64,000 nucleotides of DNA from Candidatus Fermentithermobacillaceae bacterium. GTDB lineage: Bacteria; Bacillota; Sulfobacillia; Fermentithermobacillales; DUSS01. Where the stretch lies: the NCBI GenBank assembly GCA_014896535.1, contig JADBKE010000006.1:2290-66289 (forward strand), in the 5' to 3' direction. The translations under genes and the position numbers were made by a program. The notes beneath the pieces were generated by a model. That model saw only the letters and a list, made by a program, of their open reading frames with translations. It made no database searches and was not told the origin of the DNA. Shown one piece after another: positions 9,229-18,991 of the stretch (within the stretch, counting starts at the first letter, position 1; every line of letters begins with the position of its first letter).

Positions 9229-9257
9229 ACTATAGCATCTCTTCAGCACAGGCGCAA
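9229..9257 (-). promoter_or_regulatory. Candidate sigma-A promoter of tRNA-Ala (TTGCGC-N17-TATAGT)
   Basis: On the minus strand the -35 TTGCGC is at 9257-9252 and the -10 TATAGT at 9234-9229. The -10 ends 15 nt before the mature tRNA 5' end. Confidence 0.45.
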
Positions 9258-9438
9258 CAACACAGGCGTTTTTCGTTCACCCCCGCGAAAACAACGACGA
9301 AGATCGCGATGGGTGGACTGGAGTCAGCCGCTTTCTCGGCAAAGGAGAAGGCCCCCTGCAGGAAGAAAACATCTGGCAGCCTGCCGGCTGTCAGGAATCA
9401 ACCTTGCTTAACAGCCAGTTAAGGGGATGGGTATTCAC

Positions 9439-10068
9439 ATGAGCAACTTCGAGTTACCGCAAAAGTTCTTTAAGTGGGCCTATGAAGACCGGGCCACCAT
9501 GGTCCGGAAGCTGGCTGCCGGTGAGAAGGTGCAGCCGGAAACGTTGTTTTTGAGCTTTACCCGGCACAACCCCGTGTTCATCTCCAACGGACCCGCGGGG
9601 CTCAACGGGTCGGTGAAAGGCGTGGGTTTCGTGCCCAAAAAGGAATACCTGCAGGAGACCCTGGACGCCTACCTTCGTCACATAGACTCCGGATGGCGCG
9701 AAGGTTACTCGCAAGAAGGTTTGAAGCTTCTGGTCACCCACATCTGGTCTCCGGAGGCGAAAACGCGCCTGGACTTCTCCATACTGGGGTCGCTGGAGTT
9801 GGCACGTGAGCACAGCTGGGTCAACTTCCAGTCAAATAAGGCGGTGACTCTGGTCTTTTTCGAACCGCCGGTGGTGAGTTTCGAAGTACGCGGCGAAATC
9901 GAGATCTTCGAGGACGGCCCTTATCACATGTTCCTAAATGCTCAGCACGATGTCTATCACAAGCCTAACAAAGAAAGATGGGCGTCTCGGCCTGCGTACA
10001 TCGTTCACATCAAGGAGATTTACGACAACAGCGCGAGCAAAGACGGCTTTGGCACCAGGCTGTTGTAG
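9439..10068 (+). CDS. Hypothetical protein, 209 aa
   Basis: Clean ORF with normal codon pattern. ATG 9439 is preferred over ATG 9427, which abuts the AAGGGG SD. The C-terminal part (AVTLVFFEPPVVSFEVRGEIEIF...HDVYH) vaguely resembles a split-barrel fold, but I cannot assign a family. Confidence 0.5.
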   Translation: MSNFELPQKFFKWAYEDRATMVRKLAAGEKVQPETLFLSFTRHNPVFISNGPAGLNGSVKGVGFVPKKEYLQETLDAYLRHIDSGWREGYSQEGLKLLVTHIWSPEAKTRLDFSILGSLELAREHSWVNFQSNKAVTLVFFEPPVVSFEVRGEIEIFEDGPYHMFLNAQHDVYHKPNKERWASRPAYIVHIKEIYDNSASKDGFGTRLL

Positions 10069-10375
10069 CACGATCCCGAAACTGCGCGCTCGAACTGACG
10101 ACAAGTCTGCGAGGGAGGCCGCATCTGGTCAGCGTTCCGGTTTTGCCGAGAGATTGATTGGCCGACGGGATTAATTGCTGCTACTCGTTCGTTGCCGCTA
10201 CCGTCCTCAAAGCACCCCCTGGCGCTGAGTGTCCAAATTCTCCCTCGCACAGAAGGTAGCTTCCGGCTCGGCGAAGAACAGCCTATGTCGGTGGGCGGAT
10301 GTGCTCTCCCAGAGGCAACTCGAGTACTCACCGGGAGGATATCCGGCAAAGCCCGAAACGAAGGAGGGGTTCTGT

Positions 10376-11755
10376 TTGGACCGTCTGGACCTTAAGGCGT
10401 ACGCGGGATTATTCAAGACCTATACCGAATTGCGGGTACAGGAGAACAGGACTATCCAGATATCTTTCGTCAAAGGCAGCAATACAGTGAACGTGCGTTC
10501 GGCTACCAGCGGTGTCTCGGCGAGAGCTTATCACAACGGCTCGTGGGGTTTTGCTTCGAGCCCCGAATTGACCCAGGATGCCATCGTCGCGGTGATAAAA
10601 CAGGCCACCGAGAACGCTTTGTTTCTCGATTCGAGAGAGCGCAGAGAGAAAGGTCCGTTACCGGTCAGCGTGGTTTCGTCGGAGAACGACTTTTCTACGA
10701 AAAAGCAGAGACTGGGTCAGAAGGAGCTCGTGGGGTTCGTCCGCCAGATCGACGACGAGATAGCCCGAAGGTACCCGAAACTGGCCAGCAGGACTGTGAT
10801 TTTGAGATGTCTGGACATGGAGAAGACGCTTCTGACATCGGACGGCTCGTATTCTCATTCCATGATTCCCAGAAGCCAGATTCACATCCTGCTCTCCGTT
10901 GAAAAGGACGGCGCACCTGTGGAACTGATGGACAGCTACGGAGGTCTGGGGCAGTTTGAGGATGTCTTTGAATCGCCCTCTTCACTCTGGGAAGGAATTG
11001 AACGCCAGTACGAGCACCTCATGAAAAAGAGCGAGGGAGTCTTCGCCGAGGCGGGGGTCAAGACGTGCGTGCTCGACGCGGAACTCGCGGGTATCCTCGC
11101 CCACGAAGCGATCGGGCACACCTGCGAAGCTGACCTCGTTATGGGTGGGTCGGTGGCAGGGGATTGGATCGGTAAGGAAGTGGCGAGCCCTCTCGTCACG
11201 CTCGTGGACTTCGCCAACACAGCTTTGGGTCAAACGTGTCCGGTGCCTGTTTACGTCGACGACGAGGGAACCAGGGCCGAGGATGTGGTTATCATCGAGA
11301 AAGGGGTGCTCAAGAGTTTTCTGCACAACAAAGAGAGCGCCCGGCACTTCGGAGCCGAGCCGAAGGGCAACGCCCGGGCGTTCCTCTTCTCCGACGAACC
11401 GCTGATACGGATGAGGAACACGGCCATCCTCCCCGGCACGAGCAAACTCGAAGACATGATCGCCTCGGTTGATGACGGGTATTACCTCATAAAACCCTCC
11501 AACGGCCAGGCCGATCTGACCAGCGAGTTCATGTTCGGTGTAACTCTCGGGTACGAGATCAAGGGCGGCAAGCTCCGTCGGGCGATCAAGGACACAACCA
11601 TTTCAGGGGTAGCCTTTGACATGCTCAAGACGGTGAGCATGGTTTCCAACGAAATGAAGTGGTTAAGCCACGGGATGTGTGGCAAGAAGCAGAATATCCC
11701 GGTGGGGATGGGTGGCCCGGCGATAAAGTGCCGGGTGACGATAGGAGGTAGGTAA
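10376..11755 (+). CDS. tldD: TldD-family metalloprotease (pair 1)
   Basis: HEAIGHTCEAD (HExxxH) and a GG(P)AIKC...IGG C-terminus. TTG 10376 lies 8 nt after AAGGAGG. The longer ORF from 10229 has a junk-like N-terminus. Confidence 0.85.
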   Translation: MDRLDLKAYAGLFKTYTELRVQENRTIQISFVKGSNTVNVRSATSGVSARAYHNGSWGFASSPELTQDAIVAVIKQATENALFLDSRERREKGPLPVSVVSSENDFSTKKQRLGQKELVGFVRQIDDEIARRYPKLASRTVILRCLDMEKTLLTSDGSYSHSMIPRSQIHILLSVEKDGAPVELMDSYGGLGQFEDVFESPSSLWEGIERQYEHLMKKSEGVFAEAGVKTCVLDAELAGILAHEAIGHTCEADLVMGGSVAGDWIGKEVASPLVTLVDFANTALGQTCPVPVYVDDEGTRAEDVVIIEKGVLKSFLHNKESARHFGAEPKGNARAFLFSDEPLIRMRNTAILPGTSKLEDMIASVDDGYYLIKPSNGQADLTSEFMFGVTLGYEIKGGKLRRAIKDTTISGVAFDMLKTVSMVSNEMKWLSHGMCGKKQNIPVGMGGPAIKCRVTIGGR

Positions 11756-11757
11756 GG

Positions 11758-13053
11758 ATGAACGATCCCAGGAAAGCTGCGGAGTACGGTGTGGATGCCC
11801 TTCTCAAGGCCGGCGCGGACAAAGCCCAGTGTCACCTCACTCGAATCGAAAAACACGAACTGAACGTCATATCGGGAGAAATGAGCCTGTTGAGGACCAC
11901 CTTTGACACACACATCAGGCTCATCGCCATAAAGGACGGGAAAAAGGGTAGCACCACCATAAACAAATCCGACCCCGATTCGGTGAAACGGGGAGCTGCA
12001 GAAGCCCTGGCCATCGCGCAAGCTTCCGTACCGGATGAGGCTAACGATATGGCCGAAGGCCAGCCGGCTGCCAGGTTTGTGAGCGGAAGCGAATCGCCCG
12101 ACCGGGACAATATGTACTACCGCATGAAAGAGCTCCTCGAGACCATCAGGGAACGATATCCCGCACTCCTTCTATTACAGGCCTTCCTCGATTTTACGCG
12201 GGAAGACACCTACGTGGTTAACTCCAACGGGGTCGATTTTTCCGCCCTCAAGGGTGTGTATCACTGCACGGCGGTTTTTTCGGCCAAGGAGGATGGGAAG
12301 GTGTCGTCGTTCAACGGCACTTCCGTGGCCATGAGGGACCTTCGCACGCCCCTCATCGAGTGCGGCTCCATCGACAGATTGATGCTCGAGACTACCGAAC
12401 AGATTCATACCCGTCCTGTTCCCGGCAAGTTCACCGGTGATGTGATCATTGCGCCGGACTGCCTCGGTGATATGCTTGCGTTCCTGGACGATTCCATACG
12501 AGACCGCGCCCTCATATCGGGCACGAGCGTTTATAAGGACAGTTTGAACCAGCTCATCGCAAGTCCGCTCTTGAGCCTCCATGCCCGGCCCGTATCAGAC
12601 GAGATATGCGATGGCTACTTCATAACGTCCGACGGATATTCGGCCCAAAACAGCACCATAGTCGACCGGGGCTTCCTCAGGACATTCCTCTTGAGCCTGT
12701 ACGGCTCGAGGAAAACCGGAAAGACGAGGGCGGTCAACGACGGTGGCGCGTATGTGGTGGACCCGGGCGAGACGCCCCTCGATGAGATGGTGAAATCGGT
12801 GGACCGGGGATTGCTTCTGGTCAGGTTCTCAGGAGGCAATCCCAACGAGAATGGCGATTTCTCTGGAGTCGCGAAGAACAGCTACTTCATCGAAAACGGC
12901 CAGGTGAAATATCCCATAAGCGAAACGATGATTTCGGGCAATCTGGCTGAATGTTACAGGAACGTCCGGGCCGTGTCCCGGGAGCGCGTGAACTACGGAT
13001 ATGCTGTGTTTCCATGGGTTGCGGTTTCGGGTGTGACGATTTCGGGGAAGTGA
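11758..13053 (+). CDS. pmbA: PmbA/TldE-family protein (pair 1)
   Basis: 431 aa, starts 2 nt after the tldD stop. TldE-like layout without HExxxH. C-terminus ...GDFSGVAKNSYFIENGQ...VSGVTISG. Confidence 0.8.
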   Translation: MNDPRKAAEYGVDALLKAGADKAQCHLTRIEKHELNVISGEMSLLRTTFDTHIRLIAIKDGKKGSTTINKSDPDSVKRGAAEALAIAQASVPDEANDMAEGQPAARFVSGSESPDRDNMYYRMKELLETIRERYPALLLLQAFLDFTREDTYVVNSNGVDFSALKGVYHCTAVFSAKEDGKVSSFNGTSVAMRDLRTPLIECGSIDRLMLETTEQIHTRPVPGKFTGDVIIAPDCLGDMLAFLDDSIRDRALISGTSVYKDSLNQLIASPLLSLHARPVSDEICDGYFITSDGYSAQNSTIVDRGFLRTFLLSLYGSRKTGKTRAVNDGGAYVVDPGETPLDEMVKSVDRGLLLVRFSGGNPNENGDFSGVAKNSYFIENGQVKYPISETMISGNLAECYRNVRAVSRERVNYGYAVFPWVAVSGVTISGK

Positions 13054-13101
13054 AGTTGGGTCCCGGACCGGTACCGAATTCTCGGCCTACGAAATCGCAG
13101 C

Positions 13102-13121
13102 ACAAAGCGGAACAAAGCGGA
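13102..13121. repeat. Tandem 10-mer ACAAAGCGGA x2
   Basis: Exact adjacent copies at 13102-13111 and 13112-13121, about 60 nt upstream of the DUF457 gene start. Confidence 0.8.
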
Positions 13122-13181
13122 CAGGCATGACAGGGCCGGAGAGTCCAACGAGTTCAAAGTGTAGGAGGAGGTTGATTTGCG

Positions 13182-13952
13182 GTGGCTCAGTCCGGGTTTC
13201 ACGGAATTCTGGGATTAGCGGTTGCTCGGGCGGTTAGCGGTGGTTCCTCCAAAGCCGGGTCTTCTGCGTCCGATTCTGCGTCCGAGAGGGGGGAGACGTC
13301 CAAGTCAGGGTCCAAACCAGAGTTAAAAAAGGCTACGATCTTCGGTTTCGTTCTGGGCAACATCCTTCCAGACGCGGACCTTTTGCCCTTGGCCATCACC
13401 TTTCTGTTCGACTCTCGTCTGGCCATGAGGATGCACCGGACGGCGACCCACAGCCTTGTGGTGATCGTTCCCCTCATGCTGTTGGGATGGTTATTCCTGC
13501 GCGGACGAGGGAAAGGTATGGCCCTCGGGCTTGGTGTCGGCGCCATAACCCACTCGGTGCTGGACATATTCTTGTGGTTTTCCCCCGTGGATCTGCTCTG
13601 GCCTCTGGGGAGCTGGGGTATCCCCAGTGTGGTCAATCTGTGGGCCGGTGTCGAAACGGGAAGGGTCGCGGGTAACTTCCTGGGTGCCCTGGACTACCTG
13701 GCCTTCGCTCTTTATTTTGGGTTCCTGGCCAAGATGGCTCGTGCCCGGGAAACGAATGTGGATTTCCTGCCCAAACTCAGGGTATTCACCGTTCTGAACC
13801 TCGCCTTCTTTGCCGTGTACGCTGCTTTGTCATTTGCCTTGTCCAAAGCACTGTTCGAAATCGCTCATTATGCCATGTTCGTGCTGGTGTTTTTCCCGAT
13901 TGCCGTGTACACTACTGTCAAGATGCGTAGCACGATAGAAGCCATCGTGTAG
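13182..13952 (+). CDS. Membrane-bound metal-dependent hydrolase, YdjM/DUF457-like
   Basis: Multi-TM ORF with His-rich motifs (HGILG, HRTATHS, ITHSVLD). GTG start follows AGGAGGAGG. Confidence 0.65.
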   Translation: MAQSGFHGILGLAVARAVSGGSSKAGSSASDSASERGETSKSGSKPELKKATIFGFVLGNILPDADLLPLAITFLFDSRLAMRMHRTATHSLVVIVPLMLLGWLFLRGRGKGMALGLGVGAITHSVLDIFLWFSPVDLLWPLGSWGIPSVVNLWAGVETGRVAGNFLGALDYLAFALYFGFLAKMARARETNVDFLPKLRVFTVLNLAFFAVYAALSFALSKALFEIAHYAMFVLVFFPIAVYTTVKMRSTIEAIV

Positions 13953-14059
13953 GCTCGCGGGTTTTACTGCCCTCGCCTAAGCGGCGACGGGTTGGCTTTA
14001 CGGGAGGCTATGCCGCTTACCGCGGGGGACAACGTCTACGGGGAAGAGGCCAGGTTTCC

Positions 14060-15139
14060 TTGACCGGTTATGTCGAAATAGTGGGGGCCGGTGTAATATG
14101 GGCGACCACCGGCCCCTTTGTCCGGTTCCTGAGTAGTTTGGGCTGGAGCCCGTGGGATATTGTCCTGGGTAGAGCGTTGTTTTCCACGGCTTTCATGGGG
14201 CTGTGGTTGCTCGTTAAATGGTACAGGGGGCACGGCGCTCCGGCTCGAAGGTTTGCCAGGAGGTCCCTCTATCGGAGCGCGGCACCGGAAGGGTATACGC
14301 CGGGCAAGTTTGCCCGGGGCAGCGACGGGATAAGGCAGCTTGCTCCGGCGAGCGTTTCCCAGCGTCAGATGGAACGCGAAAAGCTTGTGCCGGACGGGGC
14401 CGACGTCGTCGCCTTCCTTATGCTCGGCGTGCTCGCTGTGATGGTGTCGCAGCTCACTTACTTTTACGCCCTCTCGACGACGACGGTAGCGGTTGCGGTT
14501 ACCCTGAACTACACCGCCCCCTTCTTCGTTCTCGCCACTTCCCTTCTATTTCTCGGCGAGAAAGTCACCAGAGAGAAATTGATTGCGTTATTTATGGCCT
14601 TTCTGGGCGTTATTTTGATTTCGGGCCTTGGCGAAGAAGAGGGGGCTCTAACGGTTTCGCCCGGCGGATTTGTGGCCGGTCTCCTGTCAGGTGCCTCTTA
14701 CGGGGCTCAGACGGTCGTCTACAAGAAGCTCGGACGGAAATACGGGCCCGTTCCTCTGAACTTTTGGACCATGGCGTTTGGTGGGTCTGCCCTTTTCTGC
14801 GTTCTCACCCTGTGGCGGGGCGGTATCGCCGAGTTCATAAGGGTCCTTCCCGCGGCCTGGCCGAAAAGCCTCTTTCACTTCGCCCTGATGGGTCTCGGGC
14901 CGGGGACGGCTGCTTTCGTGCTGTTTGCGGACGGAATCAATAAAGTTGAAGCGACCCGGGGCTCCATCGCCGCGCTCTCTGAGCCGCTGGCCGCATATGT
15001 TATCGGATATTTCTTTCTCGGCGAACCCCTCTCCCTGAGAGGAATTGTCGGTGCCCTGTTTGTGCTGAGTGCCATCGCGGTCGTCAGCGCTTCACAGGCC
15101 TTTCGAATGAGGCGGACCGTCCGGGTTTCGGGACGTTAG
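14060..15139 (+). CDS. EamA/DMT-superfamily transporter with an inserted cytoplasmic loop
   Basis: Two EamA-like 5-TM halves (GAGVIWATTGPFVRFL...; LNYTAPFFVLATSLLFLGE...). A ~60-aa Arg/Ala-rich insertion follows TM2. Confidence 0.75.
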   Translation: MTGYVEIVGAGVIWATTGPFVRFLSSLGWSPWDIVLGRALFSTAFMGLWLLVKWYRGHGAPARRFARRSLYRSAAPEGYTPGKFARGSDGIRQLAPASVSQRQMEREKLVPDGADVVAFLMLGVLAVMVSQLTYFYALSTTTVAVAVTLNYTAPFFVLATSLLFLGEKVTREKLIALFMAFLGVILISGLGEEEGALTVSPGGFVAGLLSGASYGAQTVVYKKLGRKYGPVPLNFWTMAFGGSALFCVLTLWRGGIAEFIRVLPAAWPKSLFHFALMGLGPGTAAFVLFADGINKVEATRGSIAALSEPLAAYVIGYFFLGEPLSLRGIVGALFVLSAIAVVSASQAFRMRRTVRVSGR

Positions 15140-15344
15140 GGTCGCCTCGGAGTGGAGACATCTCCTGTGCGCAGTCCCCATAACATGTGCTTCGTTTGCC
15201 TCATATACTGTGCTGCCCTCAAGGGAAGGGCCCCAGCCCGTGATAGGCTCATGCACCTGCGTTCGCCGTCGACCGGCGCGACCGCGGGCGTGGCTGAGAC
15301 CGGGAACTTGGGGGGACTGCTCTGACCAGGAGGTATCAAGACAG

Positions 15345-16004
15345 ATGTCTTCCAGTCGTGAGCTTTTCTTTATGAATCCGGTTCCCATGGGCGGGCACCA
15401 GCTACCTCCACTTCCATATTCCTACGACGCGCTGGAACCATACATCAGCCGAAGGACCCTCGAGCTTCACTATTCCCGACATCACCAATCCTACGTCAAC
15501 GGGTTGAACGAGGCGGAAAGACGGATTGACGAGGCCAGGAAAACCGGGGACGTCTCGCTCATCAGGTACTGGTCTAGGGAAATCGCCTTCAACGGTTCGG
15601 GGCACATCCTTCACAGCATTTACTGGACGAACATGATTCCCGGTGGTCCGAGAACACCCGGCCCTCTCCTCACGGCAGAACTGAAAAGGGTGTTTCCCAG
15701 TTTCGACTCGTTTCAAAGGCAGTTCAGCGCCGCCGCCGAACAGGTTGAAGGGTCGGGCTGGGCAGTCCTGGCTTACAATCCGTCGTGGCACAGGCTAGAC
15801 GTCCTTGAAGCTGAAAAGCACGAAGATCTTACCCAGTGGGGTACCATTCCCATACTCGTACTGGATGTGTGGGAACATGCTTACTATCTTGATTACCAGA
15901 ATCGGCGGCGGGACTATATCGAGGCGTGGTGGAACCTGGTCAACTGGTCCGACGTGGAGCGAAGGCTTGCTCTGGCGATGATGGCAAGCGTGCCTCTGGC
16001 GTAG
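15345..16004 (+). CDS. Fe/Mn superoxide dismutase
   Basis: LPPLPYSYDALEPYIS, LELHYSRHH, DVWEHAYYLDYQNRR. ATG 15345 lies after AGGAGG; the longer ORF from 15210 has a junk-like N-terminus. Confidence 0.9.
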   Translation: MSSSRELFFMNPVPMGGHQLPPLPYSYDALEPYISRRTLELHYSRHHQSYVNGLNEAERRIDEARKTGDVSLIRYWSREIAFNGSGHILHSIYWTNMIPGGPRTPGPLLTAELKRVFPSFDSFQRQFSAAAEQVEGSGWAVLAYNPSWHRLDVLEAEKHEDLTQWGTIPILVLDVWEHAYYLDYQNRRRDYIEAWWNLVNWSDVERRLALAMMASVPLA

Positions 16005-16063
16005 TACGTCAGTAGAAGCTCAACGTCAGCAGAAGGTCAACGTCAGTAGAAGACCATCTCCGC

Positions 16064-17272
16064 TTAATGTCCCGGGGAGCCCGAGAGCGGCGAAGTACAT
16101 GGCGACGCTGCTTTACTGTCTCCGGTATTCCGCCTGTATACTACGATCCTTTTCCCGCTGGTCCGGTCACGCTCGACGTTTCCCTCATCACCCTGGATGA
16201 TAGTAATGGTGTCAGGGTTTCCGTCCGAGACGAACCTGGCCCGGGGGTTGCGCTGGAAATACCCGAGCCACTTTGACAGTTCCTCCTCGGAGCCGCGGAT
16301 TCTCGGGATCGCCAGCGGTCTGAAGTGCCTGGAGAAAGGCGAGGGCGCAGGTTCCGCGCCGACTAACAGGACTCCCAGGTTCTGATACTCCACGCCTTCC
16401 CATACACCCGAAGCCAGGGCTTCTTTGTGCTGCGGGTACGCGCCGAAAGGAAGTGCGAGGGAACATACCTCGTACCCGCATATATTTTTGACGGCGGCGG
16501 CAAGCTTTCCGATCTCTTCCGCAATTTCCTCCGCGGTCGAGTTTCTCAGGTTTCTGTGATTGTACGTGTGGTTTCCTATTTCCATCCCATTTTCCAGAAG
16601 GAACCTGAGCTTGGGCTCGACCTGAGAAGGCACTCCAAAGGGCGCGGGGAAATCAATGAAGAACGTGGCAGCACATCCGAAGTCCGGGTGTTTCCTGTAG
16701 AAATCCAGAAGGATCCCCACGGCGCAGTCGGGGTCGGGTACGAGTTTCCCATCCTTCTCCACGAACCGGAACTGGCCGGGCGTGGCGTCGTCGAAGGTGA
16801 GTACGAGCGGCGTTTTTCCTGCTGGCACAGATATTTCTCCGCGCAGGTACGAACTCAACTTGATCAGTACGAATCCTTGTCTATAAAATCGCTCCAGATC
16901 TTTTCGGAAGTTCTCCCTGGACCTTGCCCATTCTTTCTCTTCGGACTGGATGTCGTGGTACATCACGATCATGATTTTCCCGAGTTCGTTGGGGATGCAT
17001 TTCCTGTCATCGGAAGCTCGCTTGTAACCGGGGTCGGCAAGGGAGCACCTGTAAAACCGGAGGTTCTCTCCAGAATGGTTTCCCGCAATGCCCGCTGACC
17101 TTTGAGCGGATTGTTCGGCGCCTGGAGCACGCTCACCGGTGCGGGCGCTGTGAGCGCCGCTTCCGAGAAGCGTCGTAGCGAGAAACACGAACGCCACGGA
17201 ACAAGCTACCTTCGCACGGCGCGAAAACCTCAGTAGATTCCACGGGGCAATGCTACCCAGAGCCACGGTCAT
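16064..17272 (-). CDS. Secreted polysaccharide deacetylase (NodB-homology domain)
   Basis: Signal/TM N-terminus; LVLTFDDATPGQF (TFDD), GNHTYNHRNL (HxxxxH). Confidence 0.75.
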   Translation of the reverse strand: MTVALGSIAPWNLLRFSRRAKVACSVAFVFLATTLLGSGAHSARTGERAPGAEQSAQRSAGIAGNHSGENLRFYRCSLADPGYKRASDDRKCIPNELGKIMIVMYHDIQSEEKEWARSRENFRKDLERFYRQGFVLIKLSSYLRGEISVPAGKTPLVLTFDDATPGQFRFVEKDGKLVPDPDCAVGILLDFYRKHPDFGCAATFFIDFPAPFGVPSQVEPKLRFLLENGMEIGNHTYNHRNLRNSTAEEIAEEIGKLAAAVKNICGYEVCSLALPFGAYPQHKEALASGVWEGVEYQNLGVLLVGAEPAPSPFSRHFRPLAIPRIRGSEEELSKWLGYFQRNPRARFVSDGNPDTITIIQGDEGNVERDRTSGKRIVVYRRNTGDSKAASPCTSPLSGSPGH

Positions 17273-17556
17273 CCTCTCCGCACGGCAGTTCTTTGGCTTC
17301 GGGCATGTGCTGAAACATCCTTTCTCCGTTCCAAGACGAGATAGCGGCGAAAATGTTCCGCCTCTCTACTCACCTCGTTTATAAAATGTCGGAGATAAGT
17401 GGATGTTTGTTAGGAGGGTTTCAATTGCCTGTGCCGGGATCTCGAGGACTTGTAAACAACCCGCCTCGAGTCCATTACCTGAATTCGTCGCGTCAGTTAA
17501 TCGGGAAAAGGGATACATACATCGGAGTTGCCGTTACCTGGGAGCTATGGTAGTAT

Positions 17557-18267
17557 ATGCCTGTGACTTACCGTCGTGTGGACCTCGCCATATACGTCTT
17601 GATCGGCTTCTTTCTGCTCGGGACGGGCACGGTCTGGTGGAGGACGATTATGCCGGAGCCGGTGAAGATCATAACCCGTTCCCACCAGGAGACCGTTGCC
17701 GGAGATTCCCATTACGGCGGAGGCGGACGCACCGGGATTGCCGGGGAAGGGATCAACCCTAGCCCGGACCGGGGCGGCGCCGGCTACGGGAACGGTTCGG
17801 AACCGCCGGCGGAAATCGTCGTACACGTTGCAGGAGCCGTCAAAAACCCCGGGGTGTACAAGCTCAGGGACGGCCAGCGAGTTTATGAAGCTGTGGAGAT
17901 GGCGGGCGGGGCGCGGCAGGACGCGGCTTTAGATTCGGTGAACCTGGCCCAGGTGCTGTCCGACGGGGAAAAGGTCTACATACCGGCTAAAGGTGAACTG
18001 TCGCCGGGCGGCGGGTTGTCCGGAGCGACGACTTCGAACGGGACGGGTGGTACAGCTCGCCTTCAGAACCCGTTTCCCGTGAACGTCAATACGGCGGACA
18101 GCTCGCTCCTAGACTTGGTTCCAGGGATAGGACCATCCATAGCTCAGGCCATCATAACGTACCGACGCGAAAACGGTCCGTTTAGATCGATAGAAGATCT
18201 GCTGAACGTTCCGGGCATTGGCCCGAAAACCCTGTCAAAAATCGCGCCGTTCGTGACCGTGCGATAG
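17557..18267 (+). CDS. comEA: Competence protein ComEA (SLBB plus tandem helix-hairpin-helix DNA-binding domains)
   Basis: N-terminal TM; VHVAGAVKNPGVYKL; VNVNTADSSLLDLVPGIGPSIAQAII..., LLNVPGIGPKTLSKI. Confidence 0.85.
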   Translation: MPVTYRRVDLAIYVLIGFFLLGTGTVWWRTIMPEPVKIITRSHQETVAGDSHYGGGGRTGIAGEGINPSPDRGGAGYGNGSEPPAEIVVHVAGAVKNPGVYKLRDGQRVYEAVEMAGGARQDAALDSVNLAQVLSDGEKVYIPAKGELSPGGGLSGATTSNGTGGTARLQNPFPVNVNTADSSLLDLVPGIGPSIAQAIITYRRENGPFRSIEDLLNVPGIGPKTLSKIAPFVTVR

Positions 18268-18339
18268 GGGAGGAAACCTGCGCCTGCGCTTTCCGTCGTG
18301 ACAAGATCACTGCCCGATAGCACCGCAAGTCCCCCGTCC

Positions 18340-18368
18340 TTGACCTTTGCTGATGTTTCTTGTAGAAT
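18340..18368 (+). promoter_or_regulatory. Sigma-A-type promoter of the tRNA operon (TTGACC-N17-TAGAAT)
   Basis: -35 TTGACC at 18340-18345 and -10 TAGAAT at 18363-18368, about 80 nt upstream of the first tRNA. Confidence 0.55.
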
Positions 18369-18449
18369 CGAAATGCCCTGACAGGGTCGGAGGTCCGGTT
18401 GCCCGGGCGACGTTTCCGCAACCAGAAAGACCCGAGGGCAAGGCTACGA

Positions 18450-18523
<74 letters not shown>

Positions 18524-18526
18524 TGT

Positions 18527-18602
18527 GCGCCTGTAGCTCAGAGGATAGAGCACCTGCCTTCTAAGCAGGGAGTCGCAGGTTCGAATCCTGCCAGGCGCAC
18601 CA
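18527..18602 (+). tRNA. tRNA-Arg (anticodon TCT)
   Basis: GCGCCTG acceptor, anticodon stem CCTGC/GCAGG with loop CTTCTAA, TTCGAAT T-loop, CCA encoded. Confidence 0.92.
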
Positions 18603-18618
18603 ACGAACGGGACAAGAC

Positions 18619-18696
18619 GGTGGATGTAGCTCAGCTGGTTAGAGCGCCAGGTTGTGGCCCTGGAGGTCGGGGGTTCGAGTCCCCTCATTCACCCCA
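18619..18696 (+). tRNA. tRNA-His (anticodon GTG) with encoded G-1
   Basis: An extra 5' G pairs with discriminator C. Anticodon stem CCAGG/CCTGG with loop TTGTGGC. CCA encoded. Confidence 0.92.
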
Positions 18697-18756
18697 ACGT
18701 TTTTGATAAGTCTTCTCAGAGCTCCCTCGCGGAGCTCGTATTGCGTGATTCCGAAG

Positions 18757-18834
18757 GCGCCCGTAGCTCAATCTGGATAGAGCTGCAGACTTCGGATCTG
18801 AAGGTTGCAGGTTCGAGTCCTGCCGGGCGCACCA
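18757..18834 (+). tRNA. tRNA-Arg (anticodon TCG)
   Basis: GCGCCCG acceptor, anticodon loop CTTCGGA (G37), TTCGAGT T-loop, CCA encoded. There is one G:A mismatch at position 27:43. Confidence 0.85.
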
Positions 18835-18837
18835 CGA

Positions 18838-18912
18838 TGGGGCGTCGCCAAGCGGAAAGGCATCAGCCTTTGGAGCTGACATTCGCAGGTTCGAATCCTG
18901 CCGCCCCAGCCA
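18838..18912 (+). tRNA. tRNA-Gln (anticodon TTG)
   Basis: TGGGGCG acceptor, anticodon stem TCAGC/GCTGA with loop CTTTGGA, TTCGAAT T-loop, CCA encoded. Confidence 0.92.
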
Positions 18913-18916
18913 GTGT

Positions 18917-18991
18917 GGGCCATTAGCTCAGTGGTAGAGCACCCGCCTTTTAAGCGGGGAGTCGATGGTTCGATCCCATCATGGCCCACCA
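18917..18991 (+). tRNA. tRNA-Lys (anticodon TTT)
   Basis: GGGCCAT acceptor, anticodon stem CCCGC/GCGGG with loop CTTTTAA, TTCGATC T-loop, CCA encoded. Confidence 0.92.
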
